Shown: positions 1 through 8,853, counted from the first letter of the stretch. The stretch is 32,000 bases of DNA from Candidatus Iainarchaeum sp. (GCA_038736825.1 JAVYME010000001.1:72708-104707), one strand, 5' to 3'. Numbers and translations are program-made. The notes: generated by a model from the sequence alone, not told the origin.

Positions 1-528
1 GAAGCAGACTACCAGAGTGGCTTGGCTAAAATGAAAGGGCATTCAGTGAAAAACGCAGAATACTTGTGTATAACCTGCGATTATGTTTCCAAAGGCAGCA
101 TTCCAGCAGAAGGCACTTTCACACAGGAAGAGTTTACAGCGCAAATGAACAAAATGAACTCCAAAAAAGGCCCATTAAAAGACATTCAAGTCAAATTCAA
201 TGCAGATGGTTCAATGGAGGCATCTGGCAGGATAACAGATCCAAGGCTGACGACAACGGTTTACATAAAGGGCAGGATTGCCTCTTATTCCCAGAAAAGC
301 GTCAGGCTTTCACTTGAAAAAATAGAGGCAAGCCAGGTGGCTCTCTCAGGCGAGCAAGCAGAGCAAGTGCAAGGCATAGTGAATGGCGCAATATCGGATT
401 TTTTCAATAAAAACCCCGGCTTGAGCATAGAATCGCTTTCAATAGGCAATGGTTCAATTCATTTCAAGGGAACTTTTCCTCAAGAAATAGAGGGAAACCC
501 GAATGTTGTGCCAAAGGAAATCGCTTGA
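1..528 (+). CDS. hypothetical protein, C-terminal part (gene probably starts upstream of the window)
   Basis: The frame is open from base 1 with no upstream stop, and TGA lies at 526-528. The ORF-track start at 22 is a TTG. No motif recognised. Confidence 0.45.
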   Translation, partial: EADYQSGLAKMKGHSVKNAEYLCITCDYVSKGSIPAEGTFTQEEFTAQMNKMNSKKGPLKDIQVKFNADGSMEASGRITDPRLTTTVYIKGRIASYSQKSVRLSLEKIEASQVALSGEQAEQVQGIVNGAISDFFNKNPGLSIESLSIGNGSIHFKGTFPQEIEGNPNVVPKEIA

Positions 529-604
529 GCCCTAAAAAAACATGGAAGCGCCTTGAACAAATCGGGCATTTATTTTTAAATCATAATATAATACAACAAT
601 TATC

Positions 605-988
605 ATGTGCCCTCATGTTGACGCCATTTTATTCAACAAAAAAGGCGTGAAAAAAATTCTCACCATTGTTTTGGACGACGGCGAGGATATTTTGAAATGC
701 ATTCAAAAGGCAATGGAAGAGCACGGCCTCAAAGAAGTAAAGGTTGAAGACATGAGTGGCACAATGAAGGAAGGCTACATAAACTATTTTGAGGGCGGGC
801 ATTTCGCATCAGCCAAATTCAAGGACAAACCAATACTGCGAGCAAATGGAAACTTCAAATTGTCAGGCGGTGACTTGTGGGGCACAATGCACATTTGCAC
901 TGCGGACAAAAAGCCAATAATGGGAACTCTCATAAGAGGGCTGGCGGCAAACGGAATGGAAATAAAGGTTTCTTTTGTTCAGCTTTGA
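605..988 (+). CDS. PPC/DUF296-like (PD1-like) domain protein
   Basis: 127-aa ORF. ATG 605 lies about 25 nt downstream of an AT-rich TATA-like box (574-582), so it is probably leaderless. The pattern ILTIVLDDGEDILKCIQKAMEEHGLK ... GGDLWGTMHIC ... GTLIRG resembles the PPC/DUF296 family. This is recognition from memory, not a search. Confidence 0.55.
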   Translation: MCPHVDAILFNKKGVKKILTIVLDDGEDILKCIQKAMEEHGLKEVKVEDMSGTMKEGYINYFEGGHFASAKFKDKPILRANGNFKLSGGDLWGTMHICTADKKPIMGTLIRGLAANGMEIKVSFVQL

Positions 989-1980
989 ACAAGCCTGCAT
1001 ATAAAAACCTTGTTTTTCAGGTTTAGCACGTGGAACTTGCCTTTTCCACTTAATTGAGCCTCAATTTCTTTTTTTGCGAGTGCCTGCAGTCTTGAATCAA
1101 ACCTGCCCCTGAGAACTATTCTGCCCGCACCAAGCGCTTTTAATCCTGCAACCAAATCCTTTTCTTTAACTTCCTTTAAAACCTCAAAACAGTTCACAAA
1201 AAAAGCGCTTTGCTGAATGGAACAAGAAGTGAAAAAATTTTCGGAAAAAACACTGAGGTTTTTTCCAAGTTTTTCCAAAAGTTCTGCTTGAAGGCGGCTT
1301 TTCACTATTGCTTCATCCAATTCCAGCAAAAATTTTTTTGGCAAGCCAGCCTCTATGAAGGGCTTTGGCTTCAGGGATTGTGATTCAATTATTTCTCCAG
1401 CCGGCAGCGAAACAGCAGACCTCTCGCATTTTTTGAGGGAACCGAAATAGAGTGAAACACAGTTCAGCTCTCCATTAAGTGAAATGTATTCGCGCTCGCA
1501 ATTGAAAGGAATCTCTTCAGGCGAAAGCTCTCGCGAAACCTCTATGCAAAAATCTTCTATTTTGTTTTTTTCAAGGAAACGCACAAGCTGTTTTGTGCTG
1601 GGCTTGGTTTCATCCAAGCCCTTGACCCGGCGGTCTTTTGTGCGGCGGGAGGGGTCAGCAAAGGCAATTTCCACATTAAGGGATTTCAGGTTGACGTCAA
1701 AACAGTCAGAGTTTAAGAATTCAATGTTTTCAATCTTTTCCGCTTCAGCATTTTTTTTCGCGCACTCCAAGACATTTTTGTCGGTTTCAACTGCAAAAAC
1801 CTTTTCACAGTTTTTTGCAAGGGCAATGGCATCCACTCCAATGCCACAACACAAATCAATTGCCGCACAGCACTTTAGGCGTTTTGCCCTGTAAAAAGCA
1901 ATAGTTTTTGGTGTTGCCTGTTCCAGAGAGGAATGCGAAGGAAAAAACAGTTTTTCAGTGTTTTCTTTCAAGGACACCAC
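979..1980 (-). CDS. class I SAM-dependent methyltransferase with an extra C-terminal domain
   Basis: 333-aa ORF. It has motif I AIDLCCGIGVDAIALA, post-I VFAVETD and motif IV-like IAFADPSRR. A further ~150 aa at the C-terminus are tentatively THUMP-like. Its start codon abuts the stop of the upstream methyltransferase (1980/1981). Confidence 0.75.
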   Translation of the reverse strand: MVSLKENTEKLFFPSHSSLEQATPKTIAFYRAKRLKCCAAIDLCCGIGVDAIALAKNCEKVFAVETDKNVLECAKKNAEAEKIENIEFLNSDCFDVNLKSLNVEIAFADPSRRTKDRRVKGLDETKPSTKQLVRFLEKNKIEDFCIEVSRELSPEEIPFNCEREYISLNGELNCVSLYFGSLKKCERSAVSLPAGEIIESQSLKPKPFIEAGLPKKFLLELDEAIVKSRLQAELLEKLGKNLSVFSENFFTSCSIQQSAFFVNCFEVLKEVKEKDLVAGLKALGAGRIVLRGRFDSRLQALAKKEIEAQLSGKGKFHVLNLKNKVFICRLVQS

Positions 1981-2613
1981 TCACTTTTTGGCTCTTACTC
2001 CAAATGCCTCTTCCACTTTTTCGATTTCCCTGAAACCACATTGCTTAAGCCTCTTCATTGTTTTTGTCTTGAAATCTATGCCTTTTTTTTCGCCTGGAGC
2101 GCCAGTGTAATGGAACAATGTTCCGCCTGGCTTCAGAACACGAAAGAGCTCGCAATAAAACGGTCTTCCATAGAGATCGCCTGCAAGCGAAAGGCGTGGC
2201 GGATCATGAAGGATTAAATCAAAGAAAGATTCAGGGAATTCTTTTATTCCCTCAACGACATCCGCGTTTTCAAGAAAAATTTTTTTGCTTGAGAAGAGTT
2301 TTGCAGAACAAGGGTTTTGCCTTGCAATTGAAAGAACATTGGAATCAATTTCAAAAGCATGCACTTTCCTGACTTGCGGGCTTTCAGCAATCATTATTGT
2401 AGTATAACCCAAGCCCGCACAGGTATCCAAGACAATTCCGTGCAAGTCACCGAGAGCGCGCACCATTGCCTGCGTGCTTGCCTTGACGCCTTTTTCCACG
2501 CAATGCATTCGCACTCCAGAGATTTCAAGGCAGGGCCAGTCTTTTGTGGCAAAAAGGCGATAGAATTTGTTGGAAGAAGAATCAAAAAATGAAACAATAG
2601 TGTTGGTTTGCAT
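1981..2613 (-). CDS. small SAM-dependent methyltransferase (DPPR motif; COG2521-like predicted archaeal methyltransferase)
   Basis: 210-aa ORF with motif I VLDTCAGLGYT, post-I HAFEID and motif IV ILHDPPR. A TATA-like GTTTAAAT sits on the minus strand about 25 nt upstream of the ATG (around 2633-2642), which suggests a leaderless transcript. Confidence 0.75.
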   Translation of the reverse strand: MQTNTIVSFFDSSSNKFYRLFATKDWPCLEISGVRMHCVEKGVKASTQAMVRALGDLHGIVLDTCAGLGYTTIMIAESPQVRKVHAFEIDSNVLSIARQNPCSAKLFSSKKIFLENADVVEGIKEFPESFFDLILHDPPRLSLAGDLYGRPFYCELFRVLKPGGTLFHYTGAPGEKKGIDFKTKTMKRLKQCGFREIEKVEEAFGVRAKK

Positions 2614-2839
2614 GAAAAAAATATCTATGGGGGGGATTTAAACTCTTTTCTTGCCTTAAATGCTTAAACTGGATTGAAAAAAAGCATACTTCTGTTCTTT
2701 TTTTTGGACTGAATAAGCTGAATTTGTAAAAAATTGTGGCGGATAAGCGCATAAAAAAATTTAAAATATTTGCCGAGTGCTTTCAAGCGGCGATGGCTTT
2801 TTTAAGAGTTCTGTTTTTATTCTGTGAAAGAATTCGGGG

Positions 2840-3028
2840 ATGCAAATGAGGTCAAGGAATGTTGGTGGCGGAAGGCCTTTGCCTGACACGCCTGAAATGA
2901 AGTTGTGGCGCAAAGAATACGAGCAAATGTCGTTGGAAGAGCACAGGGCAAAGCTGGCAGAGCTTGGCTTGGGTGAAGAAGAATTTGCAGAATTCAAGGA
3001 AGTCCTTGAAAGAGAAAAAAAGAAGTGA
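2840..3028 (+). CDS. small highly charged hypothetical protein (62 aa)
   Basis: ATG 2840 (second ATG at 2846) is preceded by GGGGA. The sequence looks helical: LWRKEYEQMSLEEHRAKLAELGLGEEEFAEFKEVLEREKKK. A TATA-like TTTAAAATAT lies at 2760-2769. The overlapping minus-strand ORF 2761-3033 looks non-coding. No family recognised. Confidence 0.4.
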   Translation: MQMRSRNVGGGRPLPDTPEMKLWRKEYEQMSLEEHRAKLAELGLGEEEFAEFKEVLEREKKK

Positions 3029-3066
3029 TGCACTCAAAGCCAAAAAAGTGGCTTATGCCTTTCAAT

Positions 3067-4302
3067 TCAACCGAAAAGGTCTGAAAAATTGGTTTCTTCC
3101 AGTTCTTCGCTTTCCTCTGCTTTTTTTGGTTGTTCTTTTTTCTTTTTTTTGTCTTCTTCTTCTTTTTGCTCTTCTTCGTGTTTTTTTCTGAGTTCAACCA
3201 AAAACACAATTAATATTACCGTTAGTGCTGCAACTAGCAAGCCAACAATAAGCCAGGGCACTTCTTTGGGTTGATTTGGCGGGGTTGGAGTTTGGGTGCT
3301 ATAAGATGGCTGGCTGGTTTGTTCCACTGGCTTTACCTTTTTTACCAGAGAATTTATTTCCGCTTGAAAGGATTTTATGGCTGAAAAGTTGCCTTTTGCA
3401 ATTTCCCCTTCTATTAAATCAAATTGCTTGTCAAATTCTAGTAGGATTTCGCTGTTGTAATCAGAATAATGGTCTGCCAGCATTGCTGCCAGTTCTGCAA
3501 CCTTAAAATAATAGGTTGCTGCCTCAATTCTGCCATCTAAAACAGCGTCTTCACCCATTTCAAAAAAGTTCAATGCTCGCTTGTCAGTAACGCCTTCCAT
3601 TCTCTGGCTGATGGCAGAATAATCCAGTTCACAGGAATCAAAGTTGTTGTTCCAGTGGTCATTGCAACAAATTCCCCTCTTTTTGGGAATGCACTGCCAT
3701 TGAACTGCTTCAAAGCATTCCCCGCAATTTATGGGCACACAGTTTCCGTCAATGCAGCGCTCGCTTCCACTGCAATCACTAGTGGAATGACAGCACTTTT
3801 CAATTCTGGTGCGAATGCATTTTCCCATAGCGCATTTATCCAAAGTGCATGAATCGTTGTCATCACAATTTACGCCTCTACAGGATTGCCCGTTAAAACA
3901 ATAACCCCATCTCCCGTCAGTGCCGCATTCTTGCGTGCTTGTTACATCGCAAACCCTTTTTTGCCCTGGACAGCATTCAACCCTTGAACTATATGGCTGG
4001 CATTCTTTAGACCATTGCCCGCAAATATTGCAATATTTTACTCCGGTAATGCTGTTGCAGTCAACTCCATTCACTTTAGGGGAATCACAAGCTGTTTTCT
4101 TTCCGTATTCGCATTCAATGCTTTCAATGAGGCATTCAGACCACTTGCCATCAACGCATTTTTGAATTCCATTGCAGTCTTGGGCTGTCACGCAAGCTCT
4201 TCTTTGACCGGAAGAGCATTCGGTTTGAGCAAAATAAAGAGGTAGAATTAACAAAAACGAAAGCAATAATGCCATTAAAAAAATCTTGCGGTTTGAAGCC
4301 AT
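3067..4302 (-). CDS. Cys-rich secreted surface protein with C-terminal TM anchor and Lys/Glu-rich cytoplasmic tail
   Basis: The ORF runs 3067-4311 from a GTG. ATG 4302 gives the signal peptide MASNRKIFLMALLLSFLLILPLYFAQ. By my count there are 32 Cys in about 200 residues, with repeated C..C..DG[KR]W..C units. A helical domain, a Pro/Thr/Gln stalk, a TM helix (WLIVGLLVAALTVILIVFLV) and a K/E-rich tail follow. Confidence 0.75.
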   Translation of the reverse strand: MASNRKIFLMALLLSFLLILPLYFAQTECSSGQRRACVTAQDCNGIQKCVDGKWSECLIESIECEYGKKTACDSPKVNGVDCNSITGVKYCNICGQWSKECQPYSSRVECCPGQKRVCDVTSTQECGTDGRWGYCFNGQSCRGVNCDDNDSCTLDKCAMGKCIRTRIEKCCHSTSDCSGSERCIDGNCVPINCGECFEAVQWQCIPKKRGICCNDHWNNNFDSCELDYSAISQRMEGVTDKRALNFFEMGEDAVLDGRIEAATYYFKVAELAAMLADHYSDYNSEILLEFDKQFDLIEGEIAKGNFSAIKSFQAEINSLVKKVKPVEQTSQPSYSTQTPTPPNQPKEVPWLIVGLLVAALTVILIVFLVELRKKHEEEQKEEEDKKKKKEQPKKAEESEELEETNFSDLFG

Positions 4303-4504
4303 GAAAACCACTCAAAACCCAAAACAAATACAACATTCCAGTATTTAATATTTCCGTATGAATGCAAAGGGTTTGACTGCTGTTGCAATCTCAAAAAAAA
4401 AAAGCCAGCAAATGCAACATTGGACTGTTTTATGGGTTTGACAAAAAAAAGCAATAAATGGCTTTTTATTTTTTTATGCGTTTTTTTGTTAGAGGGCATA
4501 GCGC

Positions 4505-4948
4505 ATGATTTCCGAAATAGAAATGCTGGTAAGGCTTGTTGTTGCCACGCTTTTGGGCATGATGGTTGGCTATGAAAGGGAGATAAGCGAAAAGCCGGCT
4601 GGCATAAGGACTTTTGCAATAGTTTCAATTGGAGCCTGCCTTTTTGCAATAATTGGCTTGATTATAGCTGAAGGTAACACTGATGGAAGCATTGACAATA
4701 CCAGGATTGCCGCAGGCATTGTCAGCGGCATAGGTTTTTTGGGCGCTGGTGTTCTATTTCACTCTGAAAACAAGGTTTTAGGGCTTACAACTGCGGCTGG
4801 AATTTGGGCAATGGGGGCTGTAGGGCTTGCTGTTGGCTTGGGTTATTATTTGGCAGCCACTCTTGCAACTGCCCTAATATACATTGTTCTCTTTTCAGGA
4901 AGGTTTTATGGCAAAAACCCAATAGCAGTAAAAAAAGAAAAAAAATAA
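4505..4948 (+). CDS. mgtC: MgtC/SapB family membrane protein
   Basis: 147 aa and multi-TM. Family-typical stretches are LLGMMVGYEREISEKPAGIRTF and GIGFLGAG...GLTTAAGIWAMGAVGLAVG. Confidence 0.85.
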   Translation: MISEIEMLVRLVVATLLGMMVGYEREISEKPAGIRTFAIVSIGACLFAIIGLIIAEGNTDGSIDNTRIAAGIVSGIGFLGAGVLFHSENKVLGLTTAAGIWAMGAVGLAVGLGYYLAATLATALIYIVLFSGRFYGKNPIAVKKEKK

Positions 4949-5113
4949 TGCAAGGCAAAATGCAAACCGGCAGTTTAAGGGATTTTAAAAATTGGTTGAA
5001 TTCAAAAAGTCGTTTGCACAAACCAGTGAAAGCCGCAATACCAACAATAAAAGAAATAATTGCAATTCATTCAAAAACTCCAAGCAAAACCGGTTTTTGC
5101 GTTCAGTGAAACA

Positions 5114-5123
5114 TTTATATTTA
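5114..5123 (+). promoter_or_regulatory. TATA-box-like element upstream of the rpoH-led cluster
   Basis: TTTATATTTA is preceded by a purine-rich stretch. It is the only strong TATA-like box between mgtC and rpoH, and it implies a leader of more than 100 nt. Confidence 0.4.
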
Positions 5124-5284
5124 TTTCTGTTTACTATGAATAGAGTTTCCAAAATTGCTTGAATAGATATCTTTGTGGCGATTTTTGCGGCTTTATTGGC
5201 TTTCCCTCAGCTTTGGTGAATCCCTCCTGAAATCGTTTGCTAAGGTGCCGGGAACGCAAAACGCCAGTTTTTCCGGTGAAACAC

Positions 5285-5524
5285 GTGGCAGAAAAAACCG
5301 AACAAGAAGAAGAAAACTTTTTAGTGCCAAAACATTTCTTGGTAGATGAAGCCGAAGCAACAGCCCTTCTTGCAAGGCTTGACTGCAAAAAAGAAAACCT
5401 GCCAGGCATACTAAAGACAGATCCTGCAATAAAAAAACTCAAAGCCAAAAAAGGAGACATTATAAGGATTGAACGGAATTCTCCAACTGCAGGAAAAGCG
5501 ATTTATTATAGGGTTGTAAGGTAA
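5285..5524 (+). CDS. rpoH: DNA-directed RNA polymerase subunit H (Rpo5)
   Basis: The conserved core is FLVPKHFLVDEAEATALLARL...LPGILKTDPAIKKLKAKKGDIIRIERNSPTAGKAIYYRVV. There is no ATG in frame. GTG 5285 follows GGTGA (5275-5279) at 5-nt spacing and gives an ~80-aa product. Alternative starts are TTG 5237 (ORF track) and GTG 5276. Confidence 0.85.
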   Translation: MAEKTEQEEENFLVPKHFLVDEAEATALLARLDCKKENLPGILKTDPAIKKLKAKKGDIIRIERNSPTAGKAIYYRVVR

Positions 5525-5526
5525 AG

Positions 5527-7011
5527 GTGTTTGTGGTGACTGAATTTGACAAATGGCCATTGATTGACAATTATTTCCGCAATAGAACCTTTGCAGACCT
5601 TGAAATACAGTCCTTTAACCAGTTCGTGGAAGAAAAACTTCCAGAAATAGTGGTGGAAAACCAAGACATAAGCCCAAAAATAGAAGAAGTGCGAGTGGAG
5701 GTTGCAAACATAGAGGTTTTAAGGCCGCGCGTTGTTGAAGCCGATGGCTCTCCAAGAAACGATTTTTGGCCAATAGAGGCACGCATAAGGAATCGCACTT
5801 ATTCTGGACCAATTTATCTGGATATGCGTTTGCTGCGAAGGGATGTAGAGCAGGACGTGAAAAGAGCCTATGTGGGCGAACTGCCAATAATGCTTAAATC
5901 CAACAAGTGCTGGCTTTACGGAAAAACCCCAGAAGAACTAATTGAAATGGGTGAAGATCCTTTAGATTTCGGGGGCTATTTTATAATCAATGGCTCGGAA
6001 AAAGCACTCATGACTCAAGAAGTGCTTAGCTCTGACCGAGTAATGATTTCTGAAAAGGTTCGAGGAGACGTCATAGCAGAAGTAATCAGCACTCGCGGAG
6101 CATTCAAGGGCCGCGTGAGAGTCATGAGGAAAAAAAACGGCTTGCTTTATGTAAGGTTTCCCAGTTCGCCAAAAAAACTCAAATTGTTTGTGCTCATGAG
6201 AGCCCTTGGAATGGAATCCGAAAACGACATAAAAGCAGCCTTCACAATCGGTGAAGAACAAGTCCAAAATGATGTGCTCTTGAACCTAGAACAAACCGAA
6301 ATAACAAAAGAAAAGGACGCTCTTGACAAGATAGGGAAAAGCGTTGCCCCAGGCCAAGTAATAGATTACAGGCTGAAAAGAGCCCAAGAAGTGGTTGATG
6401 GTTTTTTGCTTCCACACATTGGGCAAAGCAAAAGCGACAGAATTGCAAAAGCATACTATTTGGGAATGATGGCTTCAAAAGCAATAGAAAGAGCCTATGG
6501 TTTGAGGGAAGAGGATGACAAAGACCATTATGCAAACAAAAGGCTTGAATTGTCCGGCAAGCTCATGGAGCACCTTTTCAGGTATGCTTTCAAGTATTTC
6601 GTTAAAGACTTGAAATTCCAAATAGACAGGACTGTAACGAGGAGAAGAAAACTCAACATTAGCACAGTGGTTAGACCTGATGCAATAACTGAAAGAATCA
6701 GGTTTGCAATGTCCACTGGCAACTGGATTGGCAGAGCCACTGGTGTAAGCAAATTCATGGACCGCGTGAACTATTTGAGCCCTTTAACCGATATAAGGAA
6801 AGTCAAAAGCCCATTGAACAAAAACAGGGAATTATATGAAGCAAGAGATGTCCATGGAACACACTGGGGAAGAGTTGACTCTGTTGAAACCCCGGACGGA
6901 CCGCAATGCGGTTTAGTGAAAAACCTTTCCTTGATGGCAAGAGTCACCACTGACAGCCGCACTGAAACAATAGAGGAAATGCTTAAAGCAAAGGGAGTGA
7001 AACTAGACTAG
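5527..7011 (+). CDS. rpoB2: DNA-directed RNA polymerase subunit B'' (N-terminal half of split subunit B, Rpo2N)
   Basis: 494-aa ORF starting 2 nt after rpoH. AAGGTG lies at 5524-5529, and candidate GTG starts are at 5527, 5533 and 5536. Conserved blocks include GGYFIINGSEKALMTQE and HGTHWGRVDSVETPDGPQCGLVKNLSLMA. The ORF stops where B' begins. Confidence 0.95.
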   Translation: MFVVTEFDKWPLIDNYFRNRTFADLEIQSFNQFVEEKLPEIVVENQDISPKIEEVRVEVANIEVLRPRVVEADGSPRNDFWPIEARIRNRTYSGPIYLDMRLLRRDVEQDVKRAYVGELPIMLKSNKCWLYGKTPEELIEMGEDPLDFGGYFIINGSEKALMTQEVLSSDRVMISEKVRGDVIAEVISTRGAFKGRVRVMRKKNGLLYVRFPSSPKKLKLFVLMRALGMESENDIKAAFTIGEEQVQNDVLLNLEQTEITKEKDALDKIGKSVAPGQVIDYRLKRAQEVVDGFLLPHIGQSKSDRIAKAYYLGMMASKAIERAYGLREEDDKDHYANKRLELSGKLMEHLFRYAFKYFVKDLKFQIDRTVTRRRKLNISTVVRPDAITERIRFAMSTGNWIGRATGVSKFMDRVNYLSPLTDIRKVKSPLNKNRELYEARDVHGTHWGRVDSVETPDGPQCGLVKNLSLMARVTTDSRTETIEEMLKAKGVKLD

Positions 7012-7035
7012 GTTTTTTGAATAAAGGTGTGCTTT

Positions 7036-8853
7036 ATGGCGAAAGGCAATGCAAAGGTTTACATTAATGGAAGGCTTATAGGATTCCATCCAGCACCGGA
7101 AAAACTCACTCAAGAACTCATTGAGGCAAGAAGACAGGCAAAAATAGACTCTCAAATAAACATTGCATTAAACGAAATGACAAACGAAATATACATTAAC
7201 ACTGATTCCGGCAGAGTGCAAAGACCAGTGATTGTGGTTAAAGACGGAAAACCACTGTTAACCGAAAAACACGTTGAAAAAGTAAAAAACAATGAACTGT
7301 CATGGGATGACCTTGTAGAACAAGGCATAATAGAATACCTTGACGCAGAAGAAGAAGAAAACGCAATGATTGCCACAAAAGAATCCGAACTCACAAAAGA
7401 ACACACTCACATGGAAATAGAACCTGCTGGCATCCTGAGCGTCATAACAAACCTCATTCCATTTGTGAGCCACAACCTTAGCGGAAAAGCATTGCATGGC
7501 GCAAAAATGTTCAAACAAGCAGCAGGCATAGGGCAAATAAACTACAATCTAAGAACGGACACTGAAGGCTATTTATTGCACTACCCGCAAAAAAACCTTG
7601 TAAAAACCAAAACAATGGACTTAGTGCACATGGAATCAAGGCCTCAAAACCAAAACTTTGTAGTAGCAATCTTGCCCTATTACGGTTTCAACACTCTTGA
7701 CGCAGTAGTAATAAACAAGGGCGCTGTTGAAAGAAGCCTTGGAAGAATGGCTTACTTTCGCACTTATGAAGCCATGCAAACCAGATACCCCGGCGGGCAA
7801 AGAGACAAATTTGAAGTTCCAAGCGAGGAAACAGTTGGCTACCTTGGAAAAGAATACTATCACGCTTTAGGAGAAGACGGCTTTGCAGAAATAGAATCAA
7901 AAGTGAACGGCAAAGATGTAGTAATAGGCAGAACCTCTCCACCAAGATTCCTTGAAGAAGTCAGCGAATTCGGGGTAGTAAAAGAAAGAAGACGCGAATC
8001 CTCAATTACCGCAAGAAAAGGAAAAGAAGGATTTGTGGACAAAATATTCATTACAGAAAGCACTGACGGCGACATGCTTGTCAAAGCAAAAATCAGGAGC
8101 GACATGAGCCCAGAAGTGGGTGACAAGTTCTCTTCAAGGCATGGCCAAAAAGGAGTTGTCGGCGCAATAGTGCCGGAAGAAGACATGCCCTTTACAGCAG
8201 ACGGAATAAAACCAGATTTGCTCTTGAACCCACACTCTATTCCAAGCAGAATGACAATAGGGCACTTGTTGGAAATGCTTGCCGGAAAAGCCGCTTGCAT
8301 GAACGGCGAAATAGTTGACGGCACTCCATTCAAGGACGCAAAAAGAAGCGAGCTAGAGCAAATCCTTTTCGAGCACGGTTTCAGGCCGGACGGCAGAGAA
8401 GTCCTTTACGATGGAATTTCCGGTCAAAGAATAGACGGCAAAGTCTTCATAGGAGTGGTTGGATACAGGCGCCTTTACCACATGGTTGCCCACAAAATGC
8501 AGGCAAGAGCGCGCGGTCCAGTGCAAATACTTACAAGGCAACCAACAGAAGGAAAAGAAAAAGAAGGCGGTTTAAGGTTTGGGGAAATGGAAGGCGAAAC
8601 CCTAGTAGGACACGGTGCAAGCATGCTCTTGCAAGAAAAATTCATAGATGACTCTGACAAAGTAGTGGAACTGGTTTGCGAAAAATGCGGAATAATTGCA
8701 GTCAACGACAAGATAAGGAACAAAAAATATTGCCCGGTTTGCGGTAGTTCAAGGGTTTACGGAGTGGAAATGAGTTATGGCTTTAAATTGTTGCTGGATG
8801 AACTCAAAGCGTTGGGCGTTTACCCAAAACTCAACTTGGTGGACAAAGCATAG
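7036..8853 (+). CDS. rpoB1: DNA-directed RNA polymerase subunit B' (C-terminal half of split subunit B, Rpo2C)
   Basis: The ORF runs 7027-8853. ATG 7036 is preceded by AAAGGTG (7023-7029). Conserved blocks are GDKFSSRHGQKGVVG, RLYHMVAHKMQARARGPVQILTRQPTEGK and GGLRFGEMEGETL. A C-terminal Zn ribbon reads CEKCG...CPVCG. Confidence 0.95.
   Translation: MAKGNAKVYINGRLIGFHPAPEKLTQELIEARRQAKIDSQINIALNEMTNEIYINTDSGRVQRPVIVVKDGKPLLTEKHVEKVKNNELSWDDLVEQGIIEYLDAEEEENAMIATKESELTKEHTHMEIEPAGILSVITNLIPFVSHNLSGKALHGAKMFKQAAGIGQINYNLRTDTEGYLLHYPQKNLVKTKTMDLVHMESRPQNQNFVVAILPYYGFNTLDAVVINKGAVERSLGRMAYFRTYEAMQTRYPGGQRDKFEVPSEETVGYLGKEYYHALGEDGFAEIESKVNGKDVVIGRTSPPRFLEEVSEFGVVKERRRESSITARKGKEGFVDKIFITESTDGDMLVKAKIRSDMSPEVGDKFSSRHGQKGVVGAIVPEEDMPFTADGIKPDLLLNPHSIPSRMTIGHLLEMLAGKAACMNGEIVDGTPFKDAKRSELEQILFEHGFRPDGREVLYDGISGQRIDGKVFIGVVGYRRLYHMVAHKMQARARGPVQILTRQPTEGKEKEGGLRFGEMEGETLVGHGASMLLQEKFIDDSDKVVELVCEKCGIIAVNDKIRNKKYCPVCGSSRVYGVEMSYGFKLLLDELKALGVYPKLNLVDKA

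Noticed and set aside
2761-3033. 90-aa minus-strand ORF overlapping the 62-aa plus-strand ORF.
   Set aside because: Its Ser/Phe/Leu-rich product looks non-coding. The plus-strand alternative has better start context and protein-like composition, though it is itself only moderately supported.
3067-3190. About 120-nt polypyrimidine/polypurine tract considered as a non-coding H-DNA-type repeat.
   Set aside because: It is fully explained as the coding sequence of the Lys/Glu-rich cytoplasmic tail of the 414-aa surface protein.
4275-4649. 124-aa minus-strand ORF spanning the intergenic region and the mgtC start.
   Set aside because: It overlaps the well-supported mgtC gene and the AT-rich divergent promoter region. 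It has no motifs or initiation signals.
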